Shown here: piece by piece, positions 48,259 through 58,039 of the stretch
How positions within the stretch are numbered: position 1 is the stretch's first letter
How the letters are laid out: each line of letters begins with the position of its first letter
Assembly: GCA_963675755.2 (NCBI GenBank)
Contig: CAXXMD010000003.1
Coordinates: forward strand, 2,400,001 to 2,464,000
Direction of reading: 5' to 3'
From: a bacterium
Lineage (GTDB): Bacteria; Zhuqueibacterota; Zhuqueibacteria; Residuimicrobiales; Krinioviventaceae
Length of the DNA stretch: 64,000 nucleotides
The notes under the pieces: generated by a model
The model's database searches: none
The model's input: the letters and a program-made list of their open reading frames with translations, nothing else
Told to the model about the DNA's origin: nothing
Position numbers and translations under genes: made by a program

Positions 48259-49422
48259 TTACCGTTTTTGGTTCAACGGTTTGATTGCGTTCAGATACCC
48301 ATCTAAATAGCGGCTGTCTGAATTTACATCGGCCCAGAGTACAGCTACTTCATTTGCCAATGATTTATTTTGTGTCGAAAGCGAGTAATTTCCCCATTGC
48401 CCCAAAAGTTTTTCAATTTTTTGGTAATCCTCATCTTCCAGAATATCCAGCATCATGATCTCCTGGGTCAGACGGTCCACGTCTTGCCATATTTTTTTGC
48501 TGAATTGCAGTCCCATAAAGTTAAAATAGGATGCTTTGGTATTTTGGATAAATTCTTTATATGATGGATATCGATACGCGGCATCTGCAAACACACCGAA
48601 TGCCTGATCAAAATTTTTGTCTTCAAAAAGTTTGATACCCCATTTCTGGTACAAATTGATCTCGAAATTAATGTTTGAGCGAGAGTCCTGGTTGAAATAC
48701 TGGGCCAGTACCACAAAATCATAAGCCTGACTGTAATTCTTGTGCTGCATGGCCATATAAGCGCGGTTATAGGCCAGCAATCCCAAAAGTTCAGTGTTGT
48801 TAATGGGGCGTCCTTTGGAATTTTCATAGGCATAGAGCCTGTCCAGACCAATCTGGTAGGTACGGTCATCGGGATAAAATTGGCGCAGGTATTGGGTATA
48901 CTCGCGCAGGTTTTCCATAATATTGAATCCCATTCCTGATGTGTTTTCAACGGTCAGCTGCCGATCAAAATTTTTAAATATGGTATAGGTATGTGTGGGA
49001 GTTTCGAATGCTTCGGTATAGAGTCCCATATCCTCACAGATCAGATTGAACAGGATTGTGCCAGCCACACAATTAAAACGCTTTTCGCGCACCACATCCA
49101 GCAGGGTGGTGGCCATTTCCTTGTATTCCAGCAGCCAATTCTGATGCAGGTAGGCAAAGATACTGGCGGCTTTTTGTTCCCGTTCAACCGGATTGAAATT
49201 GTAACTTTTGAGTGCATCTATCAGGTTGTTGTACCATTGCGTATATTTTTCCAGCGAATCGGGCTGATTGGCACCTGAAAGGATAAACGCGGCCTGTACC
49301 TTTGTAAACGCGTTGAGCTCTCCGTCTTCAATATCTTTGGTGAGTTTGAATTCCAGATAAGATTCCGCCAAAAGCGGGGTGGTGAAAAGCAATAGGAGCA
49401 AAAAACTGATAACTGGTCTCAT
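48259..49422 (-). CDS. Secreted transglutaminase-like (Cys-His) domain protein with TPR-like helices
   Basis: Signal peptide; RFNCVAGTILF...PTHTY...VENT; helical C-terminal half. Confidence 0.65.
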   Translation of the reverse strand: MRPVISFLLLLLFTTPLLAESYLEFKLTKDIEDGELNAFTKVQAAFILSGANQPDSLEKYTQWYNNLIDALKSYNFNPVEREQKAASIFAYLHQNWLLEYKEMATTLLDVVREKRFNCVAGTILFNLICEDMGLYTEAFETPTHTYTIFKNFDRQLTVENTSGMGFNIMENLREYTQYLRQFYPDDRTYQIGLDRLYAYENSKGRPINNTELLGLLAYNRAYMAMQHKNYSQAYDFVVLAQYFNQDSRSNINFEINLYQKWGIKLFEDKNFDQAFGVFADAAYRYPSYKEFIQNTKASYFNFMGLQFSKKIWQDVDRLTQEIMMLDILEDEDYQKIEKLLGQWGNYSLSTQNKSLANEVAVLWADVNSDSRYLDGYLNAIKPLNQKR

Positions 49423-49513
49423 AATCTTTCTTGTTTATTGTTTTCAATTCGTATATATTACTATATATTCAAGTCTTATTCAACGAAAAAGTTTCACCAT
49501 CAGGGAAAAACGG

Positions 49514-50572
49514 ATGAAAAAGAGTGCAATTGCAGTTTTGTTTTTGATAATTATTTACAGCACAGGGGCTGTATCTGCGGATTATATCGGATTTCAGCAC
49601 GAATATTTTCTGGAACAACATCCCAGTGCCAAGGCTAATGCAATGGGACACGGAATGACCGCGCTTTCGGATGGCGCATTTAGTGCTTATTATAATCCTG
49701 CCGGTATTATTGCAAACGCGGGATTTTCTGCGGCTTATTCAGAGATCAGTCCGTATTATTTTATTGACGATGCCAGGTACAGTTATTTTGGTCTTACACA
49801 AGAGTGGGGCAACTGGGGCACCGTGGGCTTGAGTCAATATAAATTTGACGCCAAGGCCGGGGGCGTTACAGATGAAAGTGGATCTCCTCAGAAAATGACC
49901 TTGTCCATGAATACGCTCACCCTAAGTCAGAATGTTTTCTGGGACCTTGCCCTGGGTTTTAATTTTAACCTGTATTATTATAAAGATTATTACGCACAGG
50001 ACCATTTTTCATTTCCGGTTGATATCGGATTGTTAAAGAGTTTTTTGATTAAAAGCGAGACCTCACCTCAGAAATTTACCCTGGGCATGGTTATGAAAAA
50101 TGTATTGGCATCCACGATTGATGATGCCGGATTGGGTGATGTTGCTGTATTACCCGTCACATTTAGAGCAGGTGCCGGTTGGGAAACCATACTGATGAAC
50201 CAGGAGGTCATTACGGGATTTCTGCTTTTGGGTATGGAAACAAACATCGAGTATGAGAATATTCTTAATGCCGGTAACCATTCCGCTTACAAGGCAGGTA
50301 CGCAACTCTCTTTGCTTGAATTGTTTTTTGTGCGTCTGGGATATTACAGCTATAGCTTTGATCCTGAATTGGGTGGTAAAGATTCAACAAGTGATTTTAC
50401 ATGGGGACTGGGTGTGCAGGTCTACCTGGATGATTTTGTAGAAAGACATTTCCCGCTTTACCTGCGACTCGATTATGCTCAATTGACGCCCCCTACATAC
50501 AAAACCGGCCTGGAAGACAAGACCAATATGACCCTGGGCGTGCAACTACAGTGGATGTTTGATGATGAATGA
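49514..50572 (+). CDS. PorV/PorQ-family (FadL-like) outer-membrane barrel
   Basis: Signal peptide; PSAKANAMG...AYYNPAGI plug motif; VDIGLL, FRAGAG and VRLGY strands. Confidence 0.8.
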   Translation: MKKSAIAVLFLIIIYSTGAVSADYIGFQHEYFLEQHPSAKANAMGHGMTALSDGAFSAYYNPAGIIANAGFSAAYSEISPYYFIDDARYSYFGLTQEWGNWGTVGLSQYKFDAKAGGVTDESGSPQKMTLSMNTLTLSQNVFWDLALGFNFNLYYYKDYYAQDHFSFPVDIGLLKSFLIKSETSPQKFTLGMVMKNVLASTIDDAGLGDVAVLPVTFRAGAGWETILMNQEVITGFLLLGMETNIEYENILNAGNHSAYKAGTQLSLLELFFVRLGYYSYSFDPELGGKDSTSDFTWGLGVQVYLDDFVERHFPLYLRLDYAQLTPPTYKTGLEDKTNMTLGVQLQWMFDDE

Positions 50573-51647
50573 GAAACTAGCTATCCGGAAATTCGGAGAT
50601 ATTGAAAATAGAGAATTATCGTTAGCGTCAATTAATCTGCTGACAGGACCGGATGTATATGGCAAGCTGGTGTGTACCCGCACTTTATATTTTTTCAAAC
50701 AGTTTACCAGTGAAATGATGACATGTATCGAAAAAGAACTGACGCTGGAAGAATTTGAACAGTATTTGGTCAATGGCTTTGAGAGTCTGTTTTCTAAATC
50801 CATGATTGAAAATGTGGAACTGGATCTGCATTATGAACTGGATGGTTTTTATGTGACATTGAGCAGATCAAATACAGTGGATAAACCGGTAATACAATAT
50901 AGCGATGTTTTTAAATCATTATATACTCAAGGGCAGACGCTGTTTCGGGATAAAGTTAAAAGTTTTCCCACCCAGTTGGATTTGTATATGCAAGAGATCC
51001 AAAAGGTATTTGAAAAAGAATTTGGTGAGATATTGAGTAACGCATTGTCGCCCGGTTGGAGCAATCATCAATTATATATCCCTGCCGAACGGGCAATATA
51101 CGCCAATGTGCCCCGTGCCGCGCTCAATCTGCTCTGGCAGGACAAGGATATGGATCCCATTCTGATTGCCTTTGGTGAGATTTATGAAAAATTTAAACTT
51201 TTGCATTTTTATTTGACCAAAAAGGGTGTGGATTTAAAGCGTTCATCCATCGATATGCAGGACTTTCTTGGTGGCAGCTATGTGCGTGAGCAGGAATCGG
51301 ATTTTATTATTCGGGATGGTGGCAAAAAGACCAATATTATGCGTGCATTACCGGAAGACAAGGCTTTACTGCCGCTGCTGGTTATTCTCTGCAATCTGCC
51401 GGCACATCAATACGGCAATGAAGGCAAGACGGTATATATTGACAGTCCCGAAGTGTTTCTGTCTCCAGATAAACAGCTTGAACTGGTTAATTTGGTTGTA
51501 CGACTGCGGCAAATTCGTTCGGATTTACAGTTTGTGCTCACAACTGAAGGTCCAAGTATATTGAATGCATTTAAAATATTAACAGAGCCGGAAACGACCG
51601 CAAAGGTTAATAATAAAAAGATTGTGATAAAGGAATTGATGAAATAA
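50562..51647 (+). CDS. Degenerate AAA_15/AAA_21-type ABC ATPase-like protein
   Basis: IRKFGDI...INLLTGPDVYGK, YIPAER, YIDSPEVFLSP, LTTEGP: family scaffold with altered catalytic motifs. Confidence 0.7.
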   Translation: MMNEKLAIRKFGDIENRELSLASINLLTGPDVYGKLVCTRTLYFFKQFTSEMMTCIEKELTLEEFEQYLVNGFESLFSKSMIENVELDLHYELDGFYVTLSRSNTVDKPVIQYSDVFKSLYTQGQTLFRDKVKSFPTQLDLYMQEIQKVFEKEFGEILSNALSPGWSNHQLYIPAERAIYANVPRAALNLLWQDKDMDPILIAFGEIYEKFKLLHFYLTKKGVDLKRSSIDMQDFLGGSYVREQESDFIIRDGGKKTNIMRALPEDKALLPLLVILCNLPAHQYGNEGKTVYIDSPEVFLSPDKQLELVNLVVRLRQIRSDLQFVLTTEGPSILNAFKILTEPETTAKVNNKKIVIKELMK

Positions 51648-51677
51648 AAAAAGCCCGCCGTTAAGCGGGCAATTTTT
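51646..51677. terminator. Bidirectional terminator
   Basis: A7-GCCCGC-cgttaa-GCGGGC-aaT5 between convergent genes. Confidence 0.75.
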
Positions 51678-51749
51678 ACAGGAGATGTGTTTATCTAGCA
51701 ACTATATTTATCAAAAAATATAACACCCCCATGTGTCTATATATTTCCG

Positions 51750-52172
51750 TTATTCATCTGATTTAAACTCGAAAAACAGGGTTTTGCCCTGATAAAGCCA
51801 CAGTGTGTTCAGGTGCGTTTTGTATGTAGTAGTCGTCCGCAATAATTTTAAAAACGTTTGGTCCCAGGAGTTCTTGCCGCAATAGATCTCGGTACTTGCT
51901 GTTTTATATATGGTCAAGCTGTCTGGTCCTTTATGATCATATTCAGCAAACCAGGTATTGCAATTGTTTTGTCCGCTGCAAGTGCTGTCATTGTGAAATT
52001 GGATTGTGAATTTTTGATTTTCCGGGGGTGTGGTATAGTACCCATCAATATTGAACAGCGCCAGCGTCCATTCCGTATTCAATAAGGGACGGGTTTGCAT
52101 ATCGATATCTGTTGATGTATTACAGCCTAAAACAAGCATGCATACAAGTAATGCATAAACTTTCGAGTCCAT
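51750..52172 (-). CDS. META (HslJ) domain lipoprotein
   Basis: Lipobox VLGC; LLNTEWTL, SGQNNCNTWFAEY and ASTEIYC motifs. Confidence 0.88.
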   Translation of the reverse strand: MDSKVYALLVCMLVLGCNTSTDIDMQTRPLLNTEWTLALFNIDGYYTTPPENQKFTIQFHNDSTCSGQNNCNTWFAEYDHKGPDSLTIYKTASTEIYCGKNSWDQTFLKLLRTTTTYKTHLNTLWLYQGKTLFFEFKSDE

Positions 52173-52192
52173 AATTTTCCCCTTAATAAATG

Positions 52193-53170
52193 TTACTCCT
52201 GTTCAAACGCATCCGCATAACGTATAAGCGTTTTCATGTTTTTAGTCTCGAGTTTGCTGTAAATATTTTTTCTGTGTGTTTTGACTGTCAGCGGAGAGAT
52301 GAATAGGCGTTCTGCAATTTCTTTGGTTGTCATACCTTGTGCAACCCATCTCAAAATTTCACGTTCCCGTCTTGATAGCTGATTAAATTTTTCAATATTT
52401 TTCAAGTAAAATTCATTGCTTGAAGAAATATGCTCTACTTTCATATTCCCCACCAGTGTTATAGGAAAACCATAGTCGTCTTTGACTACACCGCACTGAT
52501 GTTTTAGTATCTGGTATTCACCACGTTTATCTTTGAAACGAAAAGAGAGTTTGAACGCATCATCAATTGATTTTTGATCAAATTTGACCAGAATCTGAGC
52601 AATTTTATTCATGTCTTTATTATGAATCCGTTTTGCAAACTGCTCAAAAGTGAAAAATGCCAGTTCTTTTGCCGTGTAACCCAGTTTAGCCTGAATGCAG
52701 GAGGATATGAATTTAAATTCTTTTAATCGGAGATCATATCTATAATAGATTTCATCCGAGCTGTCTAATAATATATTCAACATTGTGGCATTTTCAGAGT
52801 TCCTGAGTTCAGAAATCTCTTTAATGTTTGCAAGAACGTATTTTATATCTTTGTTGGGTTCTCGAATGGGCACCAGAGTGGCATCGTTATAGAAAATTCC
52901 ATTTGGGCACAAGATTAATCCTTCATCACTTACAGTCTCACCATAATCAATAACCCGATGAATGATGTGCATGCGTTCTTCAAGAATGGATGGTGGTGCG
53001 CTGAAAGCAATGTTTTTACCTTCCAGGGATCCCATTTCAAGACCATAAGCATGGTCCAGTCGTTTATCACTCCAAACTCTGCGATAATTTCCATCATAGT
53101 CTAAAATTAAAACATAAGCCCCGTTCATTGTACTCAAAACTGCCTGAAGCAGATGCTCATTATCAACCAT
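52193..53170 (-). CDS. PAS-domain LuxR family transcriptional regulator
   Basis: Two PAS-like segments; C-terminal LSRREREILRWVAQGMTTKEIAERLFISPLTVKTHRKNIYSKL. Confidence 0.9.
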   Translation of the reverse strand: MVDNEHLLQAVLSTMNGAYVLILDYDGNYRRVWSDKRLDHAYGLEMGSLEGKNIAFSAPPSILEERMHIIHRVIDYGETVSDEGLILCPNGIFYNDATLVPIREPNKDIKYVLANIKEISELRNSENATMLNILLDSSDEIYYRYDLRLKEFKFISSCIQAKLGYTAKELAFFTFEQFAKRIHNKDMNKIAQILVKFDQKSIDDAFKLSFRFKDKRGEYQILKHQCGVVKDDYGFPITLVGNMKVEHISSSNEFYLKNIEKFNQLSRREREILRWVAQGMTTKEIAERLFISPLTVKTHRKNIYSKLETKNMKTLIRYADAFEQE

Positions 53171-53347
53171 TTTACTACCTTTTTTAATACACGGTCAATT
53201 CATTAAACACTTCTGTACCGGGTACATGCTATTATCCCCTGTAAATAAAGCACGTTAATTCAGTACAGAACCATTTTGCACATTTTTTGAGTGGAGTAGG
53301 ATTTTATTATAAGGATGATTTGTGGAAAAGTAAAGGAGAAAATAATC

Positions 53348-53379
53348 AAAGCCCGGTATTAATTAAAATACCAGGCTTT
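53348..53379 (-). terminator. Terminator-like hairpin after the PFK gene
   Basis: AAAGCCCGGTATT...AATACCAGGCTTT. Confidence 0.65.
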
Positions 53380-53391
53380 CGAGATAGTACA

Positions 53392-54678
53392 TTATATTTC
53401 TGTGGTCCAGTAGAATTTTTCTTTAAATTCAGCTTCGCTCATTTTAGCAGTTTCTACAAGTTTTTTTAGCTGGTCCGCATTTTCAAAATCTTTTTTCTGT
53501 AGACGTACCATATAGCTACGGGAAACTTTATAGCTGTCACTTTCAATTTCAACCATACGAACCTGAGTTTTGTTGGTTTTCGAATCGATCATGTCTTCAA
53601 AATAAAGCGGTGTCAGTTTGCCATTTTGCACACAGATCATTGCGTTTTTCTGGTGTGCCGGATCTTCACTCATCAGATATTGTACTGCATTGTAACCCAG
53701 TTCACGTGTGTATTCCTGATCAAAGGGGATAGGTGGATTACAGCGTAATACATAGCCGAGGTTTGATTCAACGATTGTTAATTTATCGCCACGTTCTTCA
53801 AAACGACGAGCCAACTCATTTTTAACGATTTTACCAAGGTCTACTTCTGCCAGGCGCAAGTGTCCGTAACCATCATATTCAACTTTAACACCCGGAATGG
53901 ATTCCAATTCTTCGGGATGGAATTTTTCGGCAACACCTTCTGAAATGATCAAAACACCATGATTACTGCCAGATGCTTTACGTTTCAGAATGGTACCTTC
54001 AAAAATATCACAAACTTTGCTCAATTCTATATGTTTTACATCACCAAATTCTTCAGAAATAACACAATTGGTAGCGCCTGCTGATTTTGCAATACCCAGG
54101 CCCAGGTGACCGGCATGACGACCCATGGCAACAGCCAGGTACCAGCGTTGGGTGGTTTTGGCATCTTCCATCAGGTTTTTAATCAGCATAGAGCCAACGT
54201 GACGCGCGGTTTGATATCCAAATGTGGGAAGATGGTTCGGCAATGGCAAGTCATTGTCAATCGTTTTAGGAACATGCGCAAATTTGATTTTTCCTTCTGC
54301 GCCTTTGGCAATTTCGCTTGCACCATAAGAGGTATCATCACCACCAATGGTAACCATATATTTAATATTGAGTTTGTTGAGGTTGTTAACACTGTTTTTT
54401 ACACCATTTTCAACTTTGGCAGGATTGGTGCGAGAGGTTCTGAGAATTGAACCACCTTCAAAGTGAATGCGTGAAACATCTTTGATGTGCAGAGGCACTG
54501 CATGGTCTAAAAAATCTTGCTCATTATCCTGTACTAGCCATTTATATCCATCATATATACCATAAACATCCAGTCCCTGTTGACGTGCGGCAATAGTTAC
54601 CGCAGAGATAACGCCATTCAAACCGGGAGCAGGACCACCGCCTACCAGAATCCCCAAACTACCTTTAGGATTACTCAT
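53392..54678 (-). CDS. pfp: Pyrophosphate-dependent 6-phosphofructokinase
   Basis: GGGPAPGLN, GGDD and PKTIDND (the Asp/Lys pair indicates PPi specificity), MGR; AAGGAG RBS before ATG 54678. Confidence 0.9.
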   Translation of the reverse strand: MSNPKGSLGILVGGGPAPGLNGVISAVTIAARQQGLDVYGIYDGYKWLVQDNEQDFLDHAVPLHIKDVSRIHFEGGSILRTSRTNPAKVENGVKNSVNNLNKLNIKYMVTIGGDDTSYGASEIAKGAEGKIKFAHVPKTIDNDLPLPNHLPTFGYQTARHVGSMLIKNLMEDAKTTQRWYLAVAMGRHAGHLGLGIAKSAGATNCVISEEFGDVKHIELSKVCDIFEGTILKRKASGSNHGVLIISEGVAEKFHPEELESIPGVKVEYDGYGHLRLAEVDLGKIVKNELARRFEERGDKLTIVESNLGYVLRCNPPIPFDQEYTRELGYNAVQYLMSEDPAHQKNAMICVQNGKLTPLYFEDMIDSKTNKTQVRMVEIESDSYKVSRSYMVRLQKKDFENADQLKKLVETAKMSEAEFKEKFYWTTEI

Positions 54679-54691
54679 TCTGTTGACTCCT

Positions 54692-55552
54692 TTACTTTGA
54701 TTTATTTTTATTGTTTTCATGAGAATGGCCCGAGGGATATGATCCCAGGACCTTTAAAAGATTAGTAATTTCTTCAAGATGCCGTATAGCATTTTGACAA
54801 CGTTCTTCAACCATATCTCCGGCAAAATCCAGGTAAAAGATATATGCCCAGGGTTTACCGCGCAATGGCCGGGATTCGATCTTGACCAGATCTATGTCTC
54901 GCAGGGAAAAAACACTCAAAGCCTTGAACAAGGCACCCGGAATGTTTTTCATGGAGAAAACAACCGAAGTTTTATCCGCTGTGTTAAACTTTTGAGGCTC
55001 TTTGGATAATACATAGAAACGGGTAAAGTTTTCAGGAATGTCTTCTATCTCTTCTTTAAGGATTTGCATTCCATAGGTGTCAGCGGCAAGTTTGCTTGCT
55101 ATTGCAGCGGCATTTAGCATCTTTTTATCGCGGATCATTGCCACGCTGCCTGCAGTATCATAACTGGCTACAGGTTCTACGCTATCAAGTGATGTAAGGA
55201 AAAGCCGGCATTGTTCAAGCGCCTGGGGATGTGAGTATATAGTGTTAATATCCGATATCTTTGTACCGGGATTAGCGATCAGATGCTGTTCTACACGCAA
55301 AAAAACTTCACCCACAATTTTCAGATCATGTTCAAGTAATAGATCAAAATTGCGGTGTATACTGCCGGTTAACGAGTTTTCCATGGGAACGACGCCGAAT
55401 GCGGCTTTGCCGTCTTCAACGGTTTGAAAAACATCCTCAAAGGCTTTGCAAGGCACGCATTCAATATCCTCACCAAAAAATTGTTTTGAGGCCATTTCGC
55501 TGAATGCGTAGCGGGCCCCTTGAAACGCGATACGATTTGACATATTTTCCAT
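54692..55552 (-). CDS. pheA: Prephenate dehydratase
   Basis: IAFQG, PMENSLTGSI, SHPQALEQC, NFTRF, ACT domain KIESRP. Confidence 0.95.
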   Translation of the reverse strand: MENMSNRIAFQGARYAFSEMASKQFFGEDIECVPCKAFEDVFQTVEDGKAAFGVVPMENSLTGSIHRNFDLLLEHDLKIVGEVFLRVEQHLIANPGTKISDINTIYSHPQALEQCRLFLTSLDSVEPVASYDTAGSVAMIRDKKMLNAAAIASKLAADTYGMQILKEEIEDIPENFTRFYVLSKEPQKFNTADKTSVVFSMKNIPGALFKALSVFSLRDIDLVKIESRPLRGKPWAYIFYLDFAGDMVEERCQNAIRHLEEITNLLKVLGSYPSGHSHENNKNKSK

Positions 55553-55742
55553 TCTTTTTAAATAGATAAAATATATGAATCTATAATGTAAAAAATAATT
55601 TTAAAAAAATCAAGTCTGATAAGTGTAGAGGGGTTTCATCACTCTGTATAAAATGGGTTATTTTGTGTTGCTTTTGAAAGCCTAAACAGTTATATTTATA
55701 GGATATATTCATAATTCTGTGCATTTGAATTGAATTGTGCGA

Positions 55743-56933
55743 ATGAAAATGAAAATACAAATATCATTATTTATATTGTTCTTTGCAGTGAAAAGCACGT
55801 TTTCACAGTCGGGTATGCAATCAATCCAGCAGCGGGAAGAATTGAAAAAAATCCGCAATCAGATTGAGCAGTATGAAAAAGAGATTACTGAAAAAAAATC
55901 TGTTGAAGCCAATGCTGTTGAATTGATTTCTGATCTGGATAGGGAAATTACGGTTACAAAATCATTTATCAAAAATCTGCGCACAGATATAAATAAACGC
56001 GAGCGTCAGGTTAGTCAACGCCAAAAAGAGATAAATGAAATAAACGAAAAAATTGCAAGATTGCGGGAACAGGCAAAAAAACGAATTGTAGCATTTTATA
56101 AACATGGCAAGCGGCAGCAATTTGAATTGTTGTTGGCAAGTGATAGTTTTTCACAGGTTAAAACCTGGTTAAAATATCAAAAGCTTATTTCGCAAAATGA
56201 TCAACGGTTGTACCAGTCTCTGATTGAGAGTGTTGATCAATTGCAGCGCGGGAAGCAATATCTTCAGGCCGAGATTTATGAAAAAGAACGCAACATAAGC
56301 GAGAGGCACAAAGAAGAGACTCAGCTGCGCCAGAGTAAACAGAAACGCAACGAGTTATTGACCAAAGTGCGGAGTGATACGCGGATGTTGGAGAAACATT
56401 TGAATGAACTGCGTGAATCTCAACGACAGGTCAAAAATTTTATTTCGCAAAATGAAGAAAAACGTTTAACCCGGCAAGCACGGAAAATTGAGCCAACACG
56501 TGAACAGGCTCCGATTTTTAAACGTGACGGTACGTTTGCAAGTTTAAAGGGAAAGCTGCCCTGGCCTGCTAAAGGTCATATAACCAGCAAGTTTGGCCGT
56601 CATAAACACCCGATTTACAAGACTGTTACTGAGAACCTGGGAATAGAGATCCAGGCTCCATTGGGAACACCGGTTGTTTCGGTTGATCAGGGACAAGTGC
56701 AGACCATAACCTGGCAGCGAGGATTGGGAAACATTGTTATAATCAGTCACGATGATGGCTATTATACCGTATATGCGCATCTTGATGAAATACAAGTCAG
56801 CCCGATGCAGCAGGTAACCCAGGGTGAAGTGATTGGCACCGTGGGAGATACCGGTTCCATGAGCGGACCGATTTTGCAGTTCCAGATATGGAAAAATACA
56901 GACAGTATGAATCCGGAAGACTGGATTGGTTAA
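55743..56933 (+). CDS. envC: Murein hydrolase activator EnvC family (coiled coil + degenerate M23)
   Basis: Signal peptide; long coiled coil; KGKLPWPAKG; M23 domain lacking zinc ligands (NLGIE, LQF). Confidence 0.85.
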   Translation: MKMKIQISLFILFFAVKSTFSQSGMQSIQQREELKKIRNQIEQYEKEITEKKSVEANAVELISDLDREITVTKSFIKNLRTDINKRERQVSQRQKEINEINEKIARLREQAKKRIVAFYKHGKRQQFELLLASDSFSQVKTWLKYQKLISQNDQRLYQSLIESVDQLQRGKQYLQAEIYEKERNISERHKEETQLRQSKQKRNELLTKVRSDTRMLEKHLNELRESQRQVKNFISQNEEKRLTRQARKIEPTREQAPIFKRDGTFASLKGKLPWPAKGHITSKFGRHKHPIYKTVTENLGIEIQAPLGTPVVSVDQGQVQTITWQRGLGNIVIISHDDGYYTVYAHLDEIQVSPMQQVTQGEVIGTVGDTGSMSGPILQFQIWKNTDSMNPEDWIG

Positions 56934-56953
56934 TATAGAGCTATTTTTTTATT

Positions 56954-58034
56954 ATGTTTGAACGAATAATTGGGCAAAGCCGCCCCAAAGATATATTACA
57001 GCGGGCATTGAAAAATGACCGTATTCCACATGCATATTTGTTCAGCGGCCCGGAAGGTGTAGGTAAAGAGGCTATGGCCATTGAACTGGCCAAGGCATTG
57101 TATTGTACCGATACCGAAAATCGTCCCTGTAACAGCTGCTCAAATTGTCAGCGCATTGGTGCATTTGAACATCCGGATATACATTTTCTGTTTCCGGCAC
57201 CCAAAAGTGCAACAATTGATGACGAAAGACAGATTCTGGACAGTTTGGGGTGAGAACCCATATGCACGTAAAAAGCCCTGGGCTAATCCTAATATCAGTA
57301 TTGATAAAATTCGGGAAATACGCCGGGTTAGCGCCATGAAACCCATGGAAGGTTTGCGTGTGGTGATCATTTCGGATGCAGATACCATGAATGTGCAGGC
57401 AGCAAACGCGCTGCTTAAAATACTGGAAGAACCACCACCAGCAATGCATTTGATCTTGATAACCTCGCGGGTCAATGCGTTGCTGCAGACAATTATATCG
57501 AGATGTCAGGAAATTCGTTTCTCGGCACTTTCTGATGCCGAAATAGCTGAATCTCTGATAAATTTTGAACAGCTTGAACCTGATAAAGCAGATATTATTT
57601 CCCGTATTAGTCAGGGTAGTTATGGTCGTGCTCTTGAATGGCTCGATGAATCCTTTGAACTGCGCCGTGAAATGGCTATCCAGCTATTACGTGCCAGCTT
57701 GAAAAGACCATCGAACCAGTTTGATATCATTGCGGATTTACTGGACAATTTTGATAAAAAGATGATCAGAGATATTTTGGGGCTGATTTTGATCTGGTTC
57801 CGTGATTCTTTGATCTATATTAACAGTCATGATACTGCACAGCAACATCTGGTAAATCTGGATAAAATAGATATTCTTGATAAATTTGTAAATACTTTTG
57901 AGTATATTGACATACAGAAAATAATTCAGCGAATTGAATATTCAATTCAACTTGTAGACCGTAATGCACAATTGAACCTGGTGCTTTATGTTTTATTAAC
58001 ATATATCCAGGACAATTTTAGAATAAAAAGGTAA
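56954..58034 (+). CDS. holB: DNA polymerase III delta-prime subunit, split by a +1 frameshift at 57247-57250
   Basis: Frame 1: HAYLFSGPEGVGK, C-x7-C-x2-C-x2-C, HPD. Frame +1: ISIDKIR, AANALLKILEEPP, TIISRCQ. Deleting one G from GGGG fuses them. Confidence 0.88.
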
Positions 58035-58039
58035 TATAA

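Noticed and set aside
57251-57253. Selenocysteine or stop-codon readthrough at the holB TGA
   Set aside because: The same frame hits TAA a few codons later, and HolB similarity continues in the +1 frame.
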